The notes under the pieces are model-generated. The model worked only from the letters and a program-made list of their open reading frames with translations, ran no database searches and was not told where the DNA came from. From positions 750,001 to 782,000 of the forward strand of contig NZ_LNTB01000001.1 in the NCBI RefSeq assembly GCF_001462395.1: 32,000 bases of DNA, given 5' to 3'. This DNA is from Pyrodictium occultum. Lineage in GTDB: Archaea > Thermoproteota > Thermoprotei_A > Sulfolobales > Pyrodictiaceae. Shown here piece by piece: positions 8,365-15,443 of the stretch (positions are counted from its first letter, which is position 1; each line of letters opens with the position of its first letter). Position numbers and translations under genes: made by a program.

Positions 8365-8446
8365 GGGCCCAGCTAGCAGCTAAGAAGGCTCGTCCGGAAG
8401 CCTCCCCCATGCACCCTCCCCCGCGCCAGGGAGGGGCCCAGCTAGC
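8365..8446. repeat. Exact 13-nt direct repeat GGGCCCAGCTAGC (8365-8377 and 8434-8446) in the dut / queD-like divergent intergenic region
   Basis: Read directly from the sequence. The copies are 69 nt apart and each lies about 17-37 nt from one of the two divergent start codons. The core GCTAGC is palindromic. Confidence 0.85.
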
Positions 8447-8462
8447 CTGGAAGGGGTGGACG

Positions 8463-8852
8463 ATGCCTCTGGGCGTCTGCGTCTCCACGTGGATATCGGT
8501 AGCGCTCCGCGTCGAGAGCCTTGGGGGTGCAGCGGCCTCGCTCCACGGCCACGACTACCGGGTAAAGGCCTGCGTCGAGGACAGCCTAGCCGAGGACAAT
8601 ACTGTGATAGACCATTACAGGCTCCTCAGCATGCTTGAGGAGTGCGCCAGCAGCCTGGACCATAGATACTTGAACGAGGCTCTCGGCGTGAGAGACGCAA
8701 CAGCCGAGATACTGGTCTCGAGGATCCGTGGCTGCCTTGAGGAGAAGCTGGCGAGCACCGGCCGCAGCCTACACCTCGTCTACCTGGAGGCCTGCACGGC
8801 GACCGGGTACTGCTCCTACTACCGCGCAGGAGTCCCCGGGATTCCAGAGTAG
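8463..8852 (+). CDS. 6-pyruvoyl-tetrahydropterin synthase / QueD family (COG0720-like) protein, active-site degenerate
   Basis: SLHGHDYRV (the HGH zinc pair), LDHRYLNE and YLEACTATG (catalytic Glu region) match QueD/PTPS. The track ORF starts at 8235, which would overlap the dut start. I prefer the ATG at 8463, preceded by a GGGGTGGA SD, giving a typical ~129-aa protein. Confidence 0.7.
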   Translation: MPLGVCVSTWISVALRVESLGGAAASLHGHDYRVKACVEDSLAEDNTVIDHYRLLSMLEECASSLDHRYLNEALGVRDATAEILVSRIRGCLEEKLASTGRSLHLVYLEACTATGYCSYYRAGVPGIPE

Positions 8853-8889
8853 CCAGTAGCCAGATTAGCCGCTACCAGCCGGATCAGGG

Positions 8890-8896
8890 ATTATAG
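8890..8896 (+). promoter_or_regulatory. TATA-like box ATTATAG upstream of the KaiC-like gene
   Basis: This is the only A/T-rich heptamer in the 8853-8974 intergenic region. It is preceded by the short tandem TAGCCAG TAGCCAG (8850-8863). Confidence 0.4.
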
Positions 8897-8974
8897 GCAG
8901 AGCGGGGCCGGAATGGAACGCTCTCGCCGCCCCTCCTCTGGCAGGACTGGCTGGTGCGGGGTGCCACACCAGTA

Positions 8975-9790
8975 ATGGTGGAGATTGAGCGCCTGCCGAC
9001 AGGGGTACCGGGCTTCGATAAGCTTGTGCAGGGAGGCATACCCCGGGGCTTCTTCGTAGCCGTTGTAGGAGAGCCGGGCACGGGCAAGACGATATTCTCG
9101 ATACACTTCATAGCCGAGGGGATAAGGCAGGGAGACAAGAACATATACGTGACCACGGAGGAGTCAAGGGAGAGCATAATAAAGCAGGCTGCAATGTTCG
9201 GCTTCGACTTTGAAAAGGCGATTAGAGACGGCAGGCTAGTGGTAATAGACGCCCTCATGGGTAGAAGGGACGACCCCTGGAGCCTCCAGGAGCTGGACGT
9301 GGAAACCCTTGTGAACAAGGTGATAGAGGCCAAAAAGTACCTAGGCTACGGCAGGGCACGCCTCGTAGTAGACTCTATGTCGGCCTTCTGGCTCGACAAG
9401 CCAGCAATGGCGAGAAAATACAGCTACTATGTAAAGCGCGTCCTCTACCGATGGGACTTCACAGCACTCCTCATAAGCCAGTACGCAGTCACCACAAGCC
9501 TGGGCTTCGGCTTCGGCATAGAGCATGTAGCGGACGGCATCATAAGGTTCAGGAAGTCCATAGTAAGGGGGGAGCTGAGGCGGTACGTGATAATAGAGAA
9601 GATGAGGCAGACGGAGCACAGCCTGCAGATGCACGAGATAGAGATAAGGAACGGCTCCGGTATGAGAGTCAAGGCGCCCACCGTATATAGGAAGGAGGAC
9701 ACCACGTTACCCCCATCAGTGGCCGCAAGGATGCTAGCAGCAGAACTCCAGAAGCTGCTTGAAGTCCCCGATAGCGAGAGCGAAGCATAG
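8975..9790 (+). CDS. KaiC-like / RecA-superfamily ATPase (single KaiC domain)
   Basis: MVEIERLPTGVPGFDKLVQGGIPRG...VVGEPGTGKTIFSIHFI (Walker A)...LVVDSMSAF (Walker B) is the typical archaeal KaiC-domain layout. ATG at 8975 is preferred over GTG at 8954. Confidence 0.8.
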   Translation: MVEIERLPTGVPGFDKLVQGGIPRGFFVAVVGEPGTGKTIFSIHFIAEGIRQGDKNIYVTTEESRESIIKQAAMFGFDFEKAIRDGRLVVIDALMGRRDDPWSLQELDVETLVNKVIEAKKYLGYGRARLVVDSMSAFWLDKPAMARKYSYYVKRVLYRWDFTALLISQYAVTTSLGFGFGIEHVADGIIRFRKSIVRGELRRYVIIEKMRQTEHSLQMHEIEIRNGSGMRVKAPTVYRKEDTTLPPSVAARMLAAELQKLLEVPDSESEA

Positions 9791-9847
9791 AAGAGCATCC
9801 CCGGCAGGGCTGCGAGGCCCCGGGGCTGCCTCAAGGAGGATGCAGGG

Positions 9848-10288
9848 ATGGCGAAGTACGAGAACTTCTACGTCCGCTGGGGGCCGGGCGCGCTAGAGCT
9901 ACGGGTTATGAGCGATGCCCTCGAGCTGCGGGCCGCCAACGCCAGAATGCTTTTCGAGCCAAGGAGCATACTATTGGAGGCGAGGTACAGCTACAGGAAG
10001 GAGGTCGAGGACAAGAATAGGAAGACACTCTACATAGGCTTCGCTGAGCCGCTGAAGCCTCTGGAGGCCCCCCGCGTGGATATCGTGGGTAGGACGTATG
10101 TAGGCTACTTTGAAGTGATCTATACAGACCTCGACTTCGAGAAGTACCTCACAGTTATAACACCCGCCAGCTTCCTCTACGATTATTTCGTGGTCACTAC
10201 GAGAGATTTGATGGTGCATCTACAGGCTAAACGCAAGCTATACTACGAGGAGGAGCCTTATGACAAAATTTCAGTACATATAGTATAA
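9848..10288 (+). CDS. Hypothetical protein, co-transcribed with the KaiC-like ATPase
   Basis: 146-aa ORF. A GGAGGA SD lies 8 nt upstream of the ATG, 57 nt after the KaiC-like stop. No recognisable motif. The 3' half is visibly more A/T-rich than its surroundings. Confidence 0.6.
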   Translation: MAKYENFYVRWGPGALELRVMSDALELRAANARMLFEPRSILLEARYSYRKEVEDKNRKTLYIGFAEPLKPLEAPRVDIVGRTYVGYFEVIYTDLDFEKYLTVITPASFLYDYFVVTTRDLMVHLQAKRKLYYEEEPYDKISVHIV

Positions 10289-10424
10289 TGCTCTTCGGGC
10301 GTAGTTGTCCTGCGGCCGTGGTGCATGGATACCCGCAGCCGTATGAGGCATCCTGGAGAAAGTGAAAGTGATTGATGGCTTGGTTATTATGCAAAGGTCG
10401 CGCGGCTATAGCCAGGAATTAACG

Positions 10425-10442
10425 TATTCAATAATATTCAAT
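10425..10442. repeat. Tandem direct repeat TATTCAAT-aa-TATTCAAT inside the most A/T-rich part of the RNR upstream region
   Basis: Read directly: copies at 10425-10432 and 10435-10442, a 10-nt period, followed by TATAT. Confidence 0.8.
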
Positions 10443-10563
10443 TATATGGAGTGTGGAGCTCACACTGCAGCCCTTGTAGCCCTGACAGGCTGAGAGGAGT
10501 ACTGGTATTGCCGCGTGACACCCTAAGGATCAATGCGATCCCGCATGCCCCTTATCTAAAGCG

Positions 10564-10570
10564 TTATAAT
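10564..10570 (+). promoter_or_regulatory. Candidate TATA box TTATAAT for the RNR gene, flanked by two CCTAAGG motifs
   Basis: TTATAAT lies 105 nt upstream of the GTG at 10675. CCTAAGG occurs at 10522-10528 and 10572-10578 on either side of it. Confidence 0.4.
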
Positions 10571-10674
10571 GCCTAAGGCATCCCTCTGAAGCATAATTCA
10601 ATGAGTATTACACGGGCTTCTTAGAGGGAATCTGGGTAAGGGTTCCCCGGCAACTCCAGTAAAGGGGTGTCTCA

Positions 10675-13668
10675 GTGGTGGCAGGCACCAGCGGTAGTGA
10701 TGAAAGGCAGTTGGAGCTTATCCGCGAGTCTCTGTACCGGCCCGAGGCGGAGGAGGAGGCTAAGCGGCTGCTCCTCCGCGAGGTCTACGCGCAGGTGGTT
10801 AGGGGGTACAGGGAGAGGGCTCCTAACGGCGGCCTGCTGGCTCCGCTGCCGGAGTGCGTGGAGAGGGCTGCGGGGGCTGGCGGGGAGCCCTGCGGGGACG
10901 ATATGGGCTTCACCTATAACGCTGTGCGAGTGCTGATGGCCAGGTACATGACGAGGAGCGAGCACGGGGTCTACATGGAGACCCCCAGCATGGTTATGGC
11001 CAGGGTGGCCCTGGGGTTCCGGGAGAGGGTTGAGCCCAGGCGGCTCTACGAGCTGCTGATCCGCCGCCGCTTCGTGTTCAACTCCCCCACCCTCTTCAAC
11101 ATGTACGCCGACGGCGCCCGGGGGACGCTGAGCGCCTGCTACGTGACCCCCGTGTACGACGATATGGGGGCGATAATGGACGCAGCCACCGTGCAGGCGA
11201 TGACCTTCAAGTGGGGCGGGGGCCAGGGCTTCTCCTTCAGCGAGCTGAGGCCCCGCTGGGACGTGGTGAGGGGCACCAGCGGCCAGGCCTCGGGGCCCAT
11301 GAGCTTCATCCAGATATTCGACGTCGTGACCGAGATGGTTAAGCAGGGCGGGAAGCGCCGTGGGGCCAACATGGGCATAATGCACGCCTGGCACCCCGAC
11401 GTCTACAACCCCTGGTTCGACCCCTGGGCGGCCCTCTGGAACAAGCTCCCCCCGCAGCTCCAGGAGCTGCTCCGCCAGCTGAAGGAGATAGTAGACACCA
11501 TCGAGGGGGACGGGGAGTACGAGGTAGACCCGGCGGTCAAGGAGGCCCTGGATAGGCTCACCAGGGGCGGCTGGAGCACGGTGGAGGACGCGGGCTTCAT
11601 CCAGGCCAAGGAGCCCCCCCTCCAGGACGCGAACATAACCAACTTCAACATAAGCGTGGGCGTCAACGACGCCTTCATGGAGGCCGTGCTGCGGGACGGG
11701 GAGTGGTGGATGGTCAACCCCCGCTACAGCGACCGGGGCGACGGGGTGTACAGGCTGCACTACACCGTGAGCAGGGCCACGGGCATGGGGAGGCTGGGGA
11801 AGCTGCTGGCAAAGCACCCCTGGCTCCTCGACAACCCCTATCTCAACGTCTTCGAGGACACGCTGGAGGAGGCCCGCGGGAGGGCCCTGGAGGCCCTCCG
11901 GGAGGAGGCCAGGCTGAGGGGCGTGGAGGCCAGCGTGGACGAGAAGAACCCCCACGCCTGGCGCCACCCCGCCCGGAGGCTCTGGGAGAAGATAGTGGAG
12001 AACGCCTGGGCGGGTGGAGATCCCGGCCTCTTCCTTGCGGACAACCATAACAAGTGGAACCCGACTCCCTGGCTAGGAGCGGTCAACGCCACCAACCCCT
12101 GCGGGGAGCAGCCCCTCTACCCCTTCGAGAGCTGCAACCTGGGCAGCATGAGTCTCGACAAGTACGTGGAGGCCGGCCGCTTCAACCTGGAGGAGTTCGC
12201 CCGCGACGTGGAGGCGGCTGTCGACGCTATGGACGCGGTTATAGACCTCAACAGGCACCCCGACCCCAGGCAGGATAGGGCCAACAAGTTCACCAGGAAG
12301 ATAGGCCTGGGCGTCATGGGGCTCGCGGACGCGCTCGCCCGGCTGGGCATGGCCTATGACAGCGACGAGGCGGTAGCCTTCACCTTGGCCGTCATGGCCG
12401 CGCTGGAGGCGTTCAGCTGGAAGAGGAGCTGGGAGCTGGGCGCCAGGCTCGGCCACGCCCCCGCCTTCGAGTGCCGCCGCTGGGACTGGAGGAGGATGGA
12501 GTGCCTGGAGCGCGCCGAGCCCGATGAGCTGGCGGAGCTCCACACCCCCGCCCTCGTCAAGGCCGCCGAGGTGGCCAGGATAGAGGACGGCTGGCTGGTG
12601 CTCCACTACCACCAGGCCGCCCTGCCCGAGGAGGTCAGGGAGAGGCTGGTGGGCCTGGCCAGGGAGAGGGTGGGCGGCGACGGCTCGGTGAAGCTGGTGC
12701 CCGCCGAGACGCTGGAGAGGGTGGCGGCCAGGGTGTTCGGGGTGGAGCGGAGGCACCTGGAGGAGGCCCTGTCGATGAGCCCGGTGGAGGCGGCGAGGAG
12801 CCCGAGGCACCTGCTGGCCCTAGCCCTCTGGGCCCCCGGCAGGGCGTGGGAGGTGCTCAGGCAGTACGGGAGGAGCCTGGGGGCGAGGGCCCCGAGGAAC
12901 ACAGTGACAACGACGGTGGCGCCCACGGGGACTATAAGCATAATAGCGGGCACCAGCAGCGGGATAGAGCCCTACTTCGCCCTGGTCTACAAGCGTGTGG
13001 TGGCCGTCGGCGAGTTCCTGGAGGTAGTCCGCCCCTTCCGCGACGCCCTGCTGGAGGCGGCCCGCCGCTACAACGCCCCGAGGGAGGCGGTGGCGGCCGT
13101 CTACGAGGCGGTGGCGAGGCATAAGGGCAGCCTGCGCTGGGCCCTGGGCGAGGTAAGGGAGAGGCTCATGAACATGGGCATAATGAACGGCTTCCTCGCC
13201 GAGGTGGAGAGACTGGCCAAGCTCTTCACCATGAGCATGGACTTCGACGTCTGGTACCACCTAGCCCACCAGATGGCAGCCCAGCTCTACGTAGACCAGG
13301 CTATAAGCAAGACAATCAACCTCCCCAGGGACGCGCCCAAGGACGCGGTGTACACAGCCTACCTCCTAGCCTGGCTAGGAGGCCTAAAGGGCGTAACAGT
13401 CTACCGCGACGAGAGCAAGGGCAGGCAGGTCATCTACTTCGGGGGAGAACAGTACACGCTGGAAGCAAAGCCCATCAGACGCCGCGGGGGGAACGGCCAC
13501 CGGAAAACAATGAGGATGACCCACCTCCGGAGGAGGATGAAGAAAGAGGAGCTAGAACGCGACACCAGAGCCAGAGAGCTCTTCGAGGTAAAGGAGAGGA
13601 AGACGGAGACAGGCGAGGTAGTGGTAGAGCTCACCGAGAACAGCACATGCAAGACATGCGAGATATAG
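10675..13668 (+). CDS. nrdJ: Ribonucleoside-diphosphate/triphosphate reductase, class II (adenosylcobalamin-dependent)
   Basis: 997 aa. Motifs: NSPTLFN, LSACYV, the thiyl-radical loop TNPCGEQPL, VAPTGTISIIAGTSSGIEPYF, QAISKTINLP, and C-terminal redox cysteines CKTCEI. No intein blocks seen. Start is uncertain: GTG at 10675, or Met77 at 10903 just before the conserved core. Confidence 0.93.
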   Translation: MVAGTSGSDERQLELIRESLYRPEAEEEAKRLLLREVYAQVVRGYRERAPNGGLLAPLPECVERAAGAGGEPCGDDMGFTYNAVRVLMARYMTRSEHGVYMETPSMVMARVALGFRERVEPRRLYELLIRRRFVFNSPTLFNMYADGARGTLSACYVTPVYDDMGAIMDAATVQAMTFKWGGGQGFSFSELRPRWDVVRGTSGQASGPMSFIQIFDVVTEMVKQGGKRRGANMGIMHAWHPDVYNPWFDPWAALWNKLPPQLQELLRQLKEIVDTIEGDGEYEVDPAVKEALDRLTRGGWSTVEDAGFIQAKEPPLQDANITNFNISVGVNDAFMEAVLRDGEWWMVNPRYSDRGDGVYRLHYTVSRATGMGRLGKLLAKHPWLLDNPYLNVFEDTLEEARGRALEALREEARLRGVEASVDEKNPHAWRHPARRLWEKIVENAWAGGDPGLFLADNHNKWNPTPWLGAVNATNPCGEQPLYPFESCNLGSMSLDKYVEAGRFNLEEFARDVEAAVDAMDAVIDLNRHPDPRQDRANKFTRKIGLGVMGLADALARLGMAYDSDEAVAFTLAVMAALEAFSWKRSWELGARLGHAPAFECRRWDWRRMECLERAEPDELAELHTPALVKAAEVARIEDGWLVLHYHQAALPEEVRERLVGLARERVGGDGSVKLVPAETLERVAARVFGVERRHLEEALSMSPVEAARSPRHLLALALWAPGRAWEVLRQYGRSLGARAPRNTVTTTVAPTGTISIIAGTSSGIEPYFALVYKRVVAVGEFLEVVRPFRDALLEAARRYNAPREAVAAVYEAVARHKGSLRWALGEVRERLMNMGIMNGFLAEVERLAKLFTMSMDFDVWYHLAHQMAAQLYVDQAISKTINLPRDAPKDAVYTAYLLAWLGGLKGVTVYRDESKGRQVIYFGGEQYTLEAKPIRRRGGNGHRKTMRMTHLRRRMKKEELERDTRARELFEVKERKTETGEVVVELTENSTCKTCEI

Positions 13669-13740
13669 CCCCACGGCTCCAGGGAAGCCCTGGGAGGCTC
13701 TCTGTTAAAGCCTGGGGCCCCATGACACTTGATCTCTAGT

Positions 13741-13748
13741 TTTATATA
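13741..13748 (+). promoter_or_regulatory. TATA box TTTATATA for thyX
   Basis: It ends 44 nt upstream of the ATG at 13792. An AAGGGG SD-like element lies at 13781-13786. Confidence 0.5.
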
Positions 13749-13791
13749 CTTGCTCCCGCCCGTTCCACAAGACATAGTTCAAGGGGCATGT

Positions 13792-14784
13792 ATGCTAGAA
13801 GCCCAGGCTAACGCTATGCAGGCCTTGGAGCCTCCTGTCAGGGTTCGGCTCCTGCGCTATACCCGGGACGGGCCGCTCCTGGTGGCCGCGGCGGCCCGGA
13901 TAACGGTTAGCAAGAAGCCCGTGGAGCGGGCCATGGAGATGGGGCCTGGCGAGGTGGAGAAGTGGATCCGGGAGCTGGTGCGCCGGGGCCACGGGAGCCC
14001 GCTGGAGCACGCCGTCTACACGTTCGAGGCGGAGTGTAGCAGGGTCTGCAGCCACCAGCTCGTCCGCCACCGGCTGGCGAGCTACACGCAGCAGAGCATG
14101 CGGTACACCGAGGGCTTCCTCAGATCCATGGCTCTGAAAGTGTGTAGTATCATGGGAGTTGGCAGCTGCCCCGAGCGCCCAACCAGCGCCAACGACTACA
14201 GAGTCTATGAGACTGTTCTACGAGAAGCAGCAGGGAGGCTCGAAGGCCCCGACGGAAGCGGCTGGGCGCTGATTGTGGCCGCGAGCAGGGGCTACGTGTT
14301 CAACCCCTCCTGGAGCCCCGAGACCATGGCTCGGGTCGCGAGGGCCTACCTCGGGGCCACTGCGGAGTACTACGGGCTGCTCGCCGGCAGGGTGCCGAGG
14401 GAGGACGCCCGCATGGTCATCCCCCAGGCGGTCAGGACGAGGATAGTCTTCACCATGAACGCCAGGGAGCTGCTGGAGTCCTTCCTCCCGCTCAGGATGT
14501 GCAGCCACGCGCAGTGGGAGATACGCATGCTGGCATGGGGCGTGTGGAGAGAGCTCATGAAGGTGCACCCGGAGATATTCCGCTACGCGGGCCCCAGATG
14601 CATCCTGGAGGAGAACAGGGTGAGGCCCGAGCCCTGCAGCCTAGAGCAATACCTGAACGGCGACTGCGACTTCACAATCCCGCGCTGCCCCGAGATGGTG
14701 CCGAAGCCCGGGATAAGAAGCTGCCTAAGATACGCGGCGGAGTCCTCCAGGGCCTCCGCAGGCCCGCGGGGTTTAAGGGGCTAG
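13792..14784 (+). CDS. thyX: FAD-dependent thymidylate synthase ThyX, with a Cys-rich C-terminal extension
   Basis: ThyX signature RHRLASYTQQSMRY (RHRxxSxxxxSxRY), plus GHGSPLEH and ARELLESF. The track ORF starts at 13729, inside the TATA box. I prefer the ATG at 13792. Confidence 0.9.
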   Translation: MLEAQANAMQALEPPVRVRLLRYTRDGPLLVAAAARITVSKKPVERAMEMGPGEVEKWIRELVRRGHGSPLEHAVYTFEAECSRVCSHQLVRHRLASYTQQSMRYTEGFLRSMALKVCSIMGVGSCPERPTSANDYRVYETVLREAAGRLEGPDGSGWALIVAASRGYVFNPSWSPETMARVARAYLGATAEYYGLLAGRVPREDARMVIPQAVRTRIVFTMNARELLESFLPLRMCSHAQWEIRMLAWGVWRELMKVHPEIFRYAGPRCILEENRVRPEPCSLEQYLNGDCDFTIPRCPEMVPKPGIRSCLRYAAESSRASAGPRGLRG

Positions 14785-14996
14785 CCGCTCTCTTCAAGGG
14801 ATTTCCTCACATACTCCATGAACTCCTCTACGGTCATTTCATCCCTGTGCCTTGGCAGCTTTATCAGCACAACTTTATTGTCTGGGGTTAGTACCCTTAT
14901 CTCATCGTGGTCCTTGTACCTGAACACGTCTAGCTGGCGTAGCTTGAGCTGCTCCAGCGCCTTCCTGTATGCAGTGTACTTGCGGCTCACCGGCAT
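14781..14996 (-). CDS. Small hypothetical protein (71 aa)
   Basis: ATG-initiated ORF with its own good TATA box 39 nt upstream. Charged, mixed alpha/beta-looking sequence with no recognised motif. It overlaps the thyX stop by 4 nt, tail to tail. Confidence 0.5.
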   Translation of the reverse strand: MPVSRKYTAYRKALEQLKLRQLDVFRYKDHDEIRVLTPDNKVVLIKLPRHRDEMTVEEFMEYVRKSLEESG

Positions 14997-15034
14997 TGGG
15001 CTTCCACCGGCCTCCCGGGGCCGGGGCGTTCTCC

Positions 15035-15042
15035 TATTATAA
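15035..15042 (-). promoter_or_regulatory. TATA box (TTATAATA on the minus strand) for the 71-aa gene
   Basis: The plus strand reads TATTATAA at 15035-15042, 39 nt upstream of the ATG at 14996. Confidence 0.5.
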
Positions 15043-15198
15043 CCCTACCTCGTGGCTTGAGGCTTCATCCCTCCTTAGGGGCTCTTTTAACCCGGGCTAG
15101 GATATGTTACAGCATAATCTATGTAAAGGTATATATCGGGTTTGCTCTCTCCTCTATACCCGCGCAAGAATAGTGCAGAAGCCTTATAGGTGGTCGTG

Positions 15199-15420
15199 AT
15201 GAGCAGCACCTCCGCCATCTATGTCCGGGTGCCCCAGGAGCTGCTCCGCGAGTTCGACCGCGTGGCGCAGGAGCACGGGTTGTCCAGGAGCGAGGCGATA
15301 AGGGAGGCTATGAAGCTCTTTATCCGCTACTCGAGGGCGCCTAGCGTCCGCGGGCTCCGCGGCATAGTGCGGGCCGGGGTTGACCCGGAGCAGCTGGACA
15401 AATACATCCTGCCAGGCTAG
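15199..15420 (+). CDS. CopG/RHH-family antitoxin-like DNA-binding protein (VapB-like)
   Basis: IYVRVPQELLREFDRVAQEHGLSRSEAIREAMKLFI is a ribbon-helix-helix pattern. A GGTGG SD lies 7 nt upstream of the ATG at 15199 (the track starts at GTG 15190). It is followed 23 nt later by a PIN-like gene. Confidence 0.75.
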   Translation: MSSTSAIYVRVPQELLREFDRVAQEHGLSRSEAIREAMKLFIRYSRAPSVRGLRGIVRAGVDPEQLDKYILPG

Positions 15421-15443
15421 CCTGCCCAGGGGGTGATAGGGGC

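Noticed and set aside
8235-8462. Long N-terminal extensions in the ORF track (QueD-like from 8235; GDH from 1757; ThyX from 13729; hypothetical from 5668).
   Set aside because: The extensions run through TATA boxes or divergent promoters, or overlap the neighbouring gene's start. They are Pro/Arg/Ala-rich and are not part of the conserved family cores. Internal starts with SD or TATA support were used instead.
10624-10667. String resembling the cobalamin-riboswitch core (aGGGAAtctGGGTaa..CCccGGCAACTccaGTAAa) right upstream of the B12-dependent RNR.
   Set aside because: The GGGAA pairs with the following TTCCC in a simple hairpin, whereas the riboswitch junction leaves it unpaired. Spacing differs from the consensus. 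No B12 box (AGYCMGGAGACCKGCC-like) follows on the same strand, and little sequence remains before the start codon. Cobalamin riboswitches are not established in crenarchaea. An Infernal RF00174 scan would settle it.
10289-10674. Replication-origin interpretation of the A/T-rich region.
   Set aside because: I find no convincing inverted pairs of ORB / mini-ORB-type elements (TCCA..TGGAAA plus a G-string) flanking the A/T-rich core, and no orc1/cdc6 or whiP gene nearby. CTCCAGTAAAGGGGT (10653-10667) is only a partial look-alike. It is kept as a minor alternative within the finding.
10672-12810. Long antisense ORFs opposite the RNR gene (10672..12048, 458 aa; 12073..12810, 245 aa). Similar ones lie opposite EF-2 (28471..29436; 29788..30720) and opposite MutS-like, GDH, AroA-like and others.
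   Set aside because: They are Pro/Gly/Arg/Ala/His-rich low-complexity translations with no motifs. They lie exactly antisense to genes with strong family signatures. Such shadow ORFs are expected in GC-rich genomes with few stop codons on the antisense strand.
10675-13668. Possible intein in the 997-aa class II RNR (inteins are common in archaeal RNRs).
   Set aside because: There are no intein blocks: no Cys/Ser-initiated insert ending in His-Asn followed by Cys/Ser/Thr, and no LAGLIDADG motifs. The extra length lies in ordinary surface inserts and the N- and C-terminal regions.
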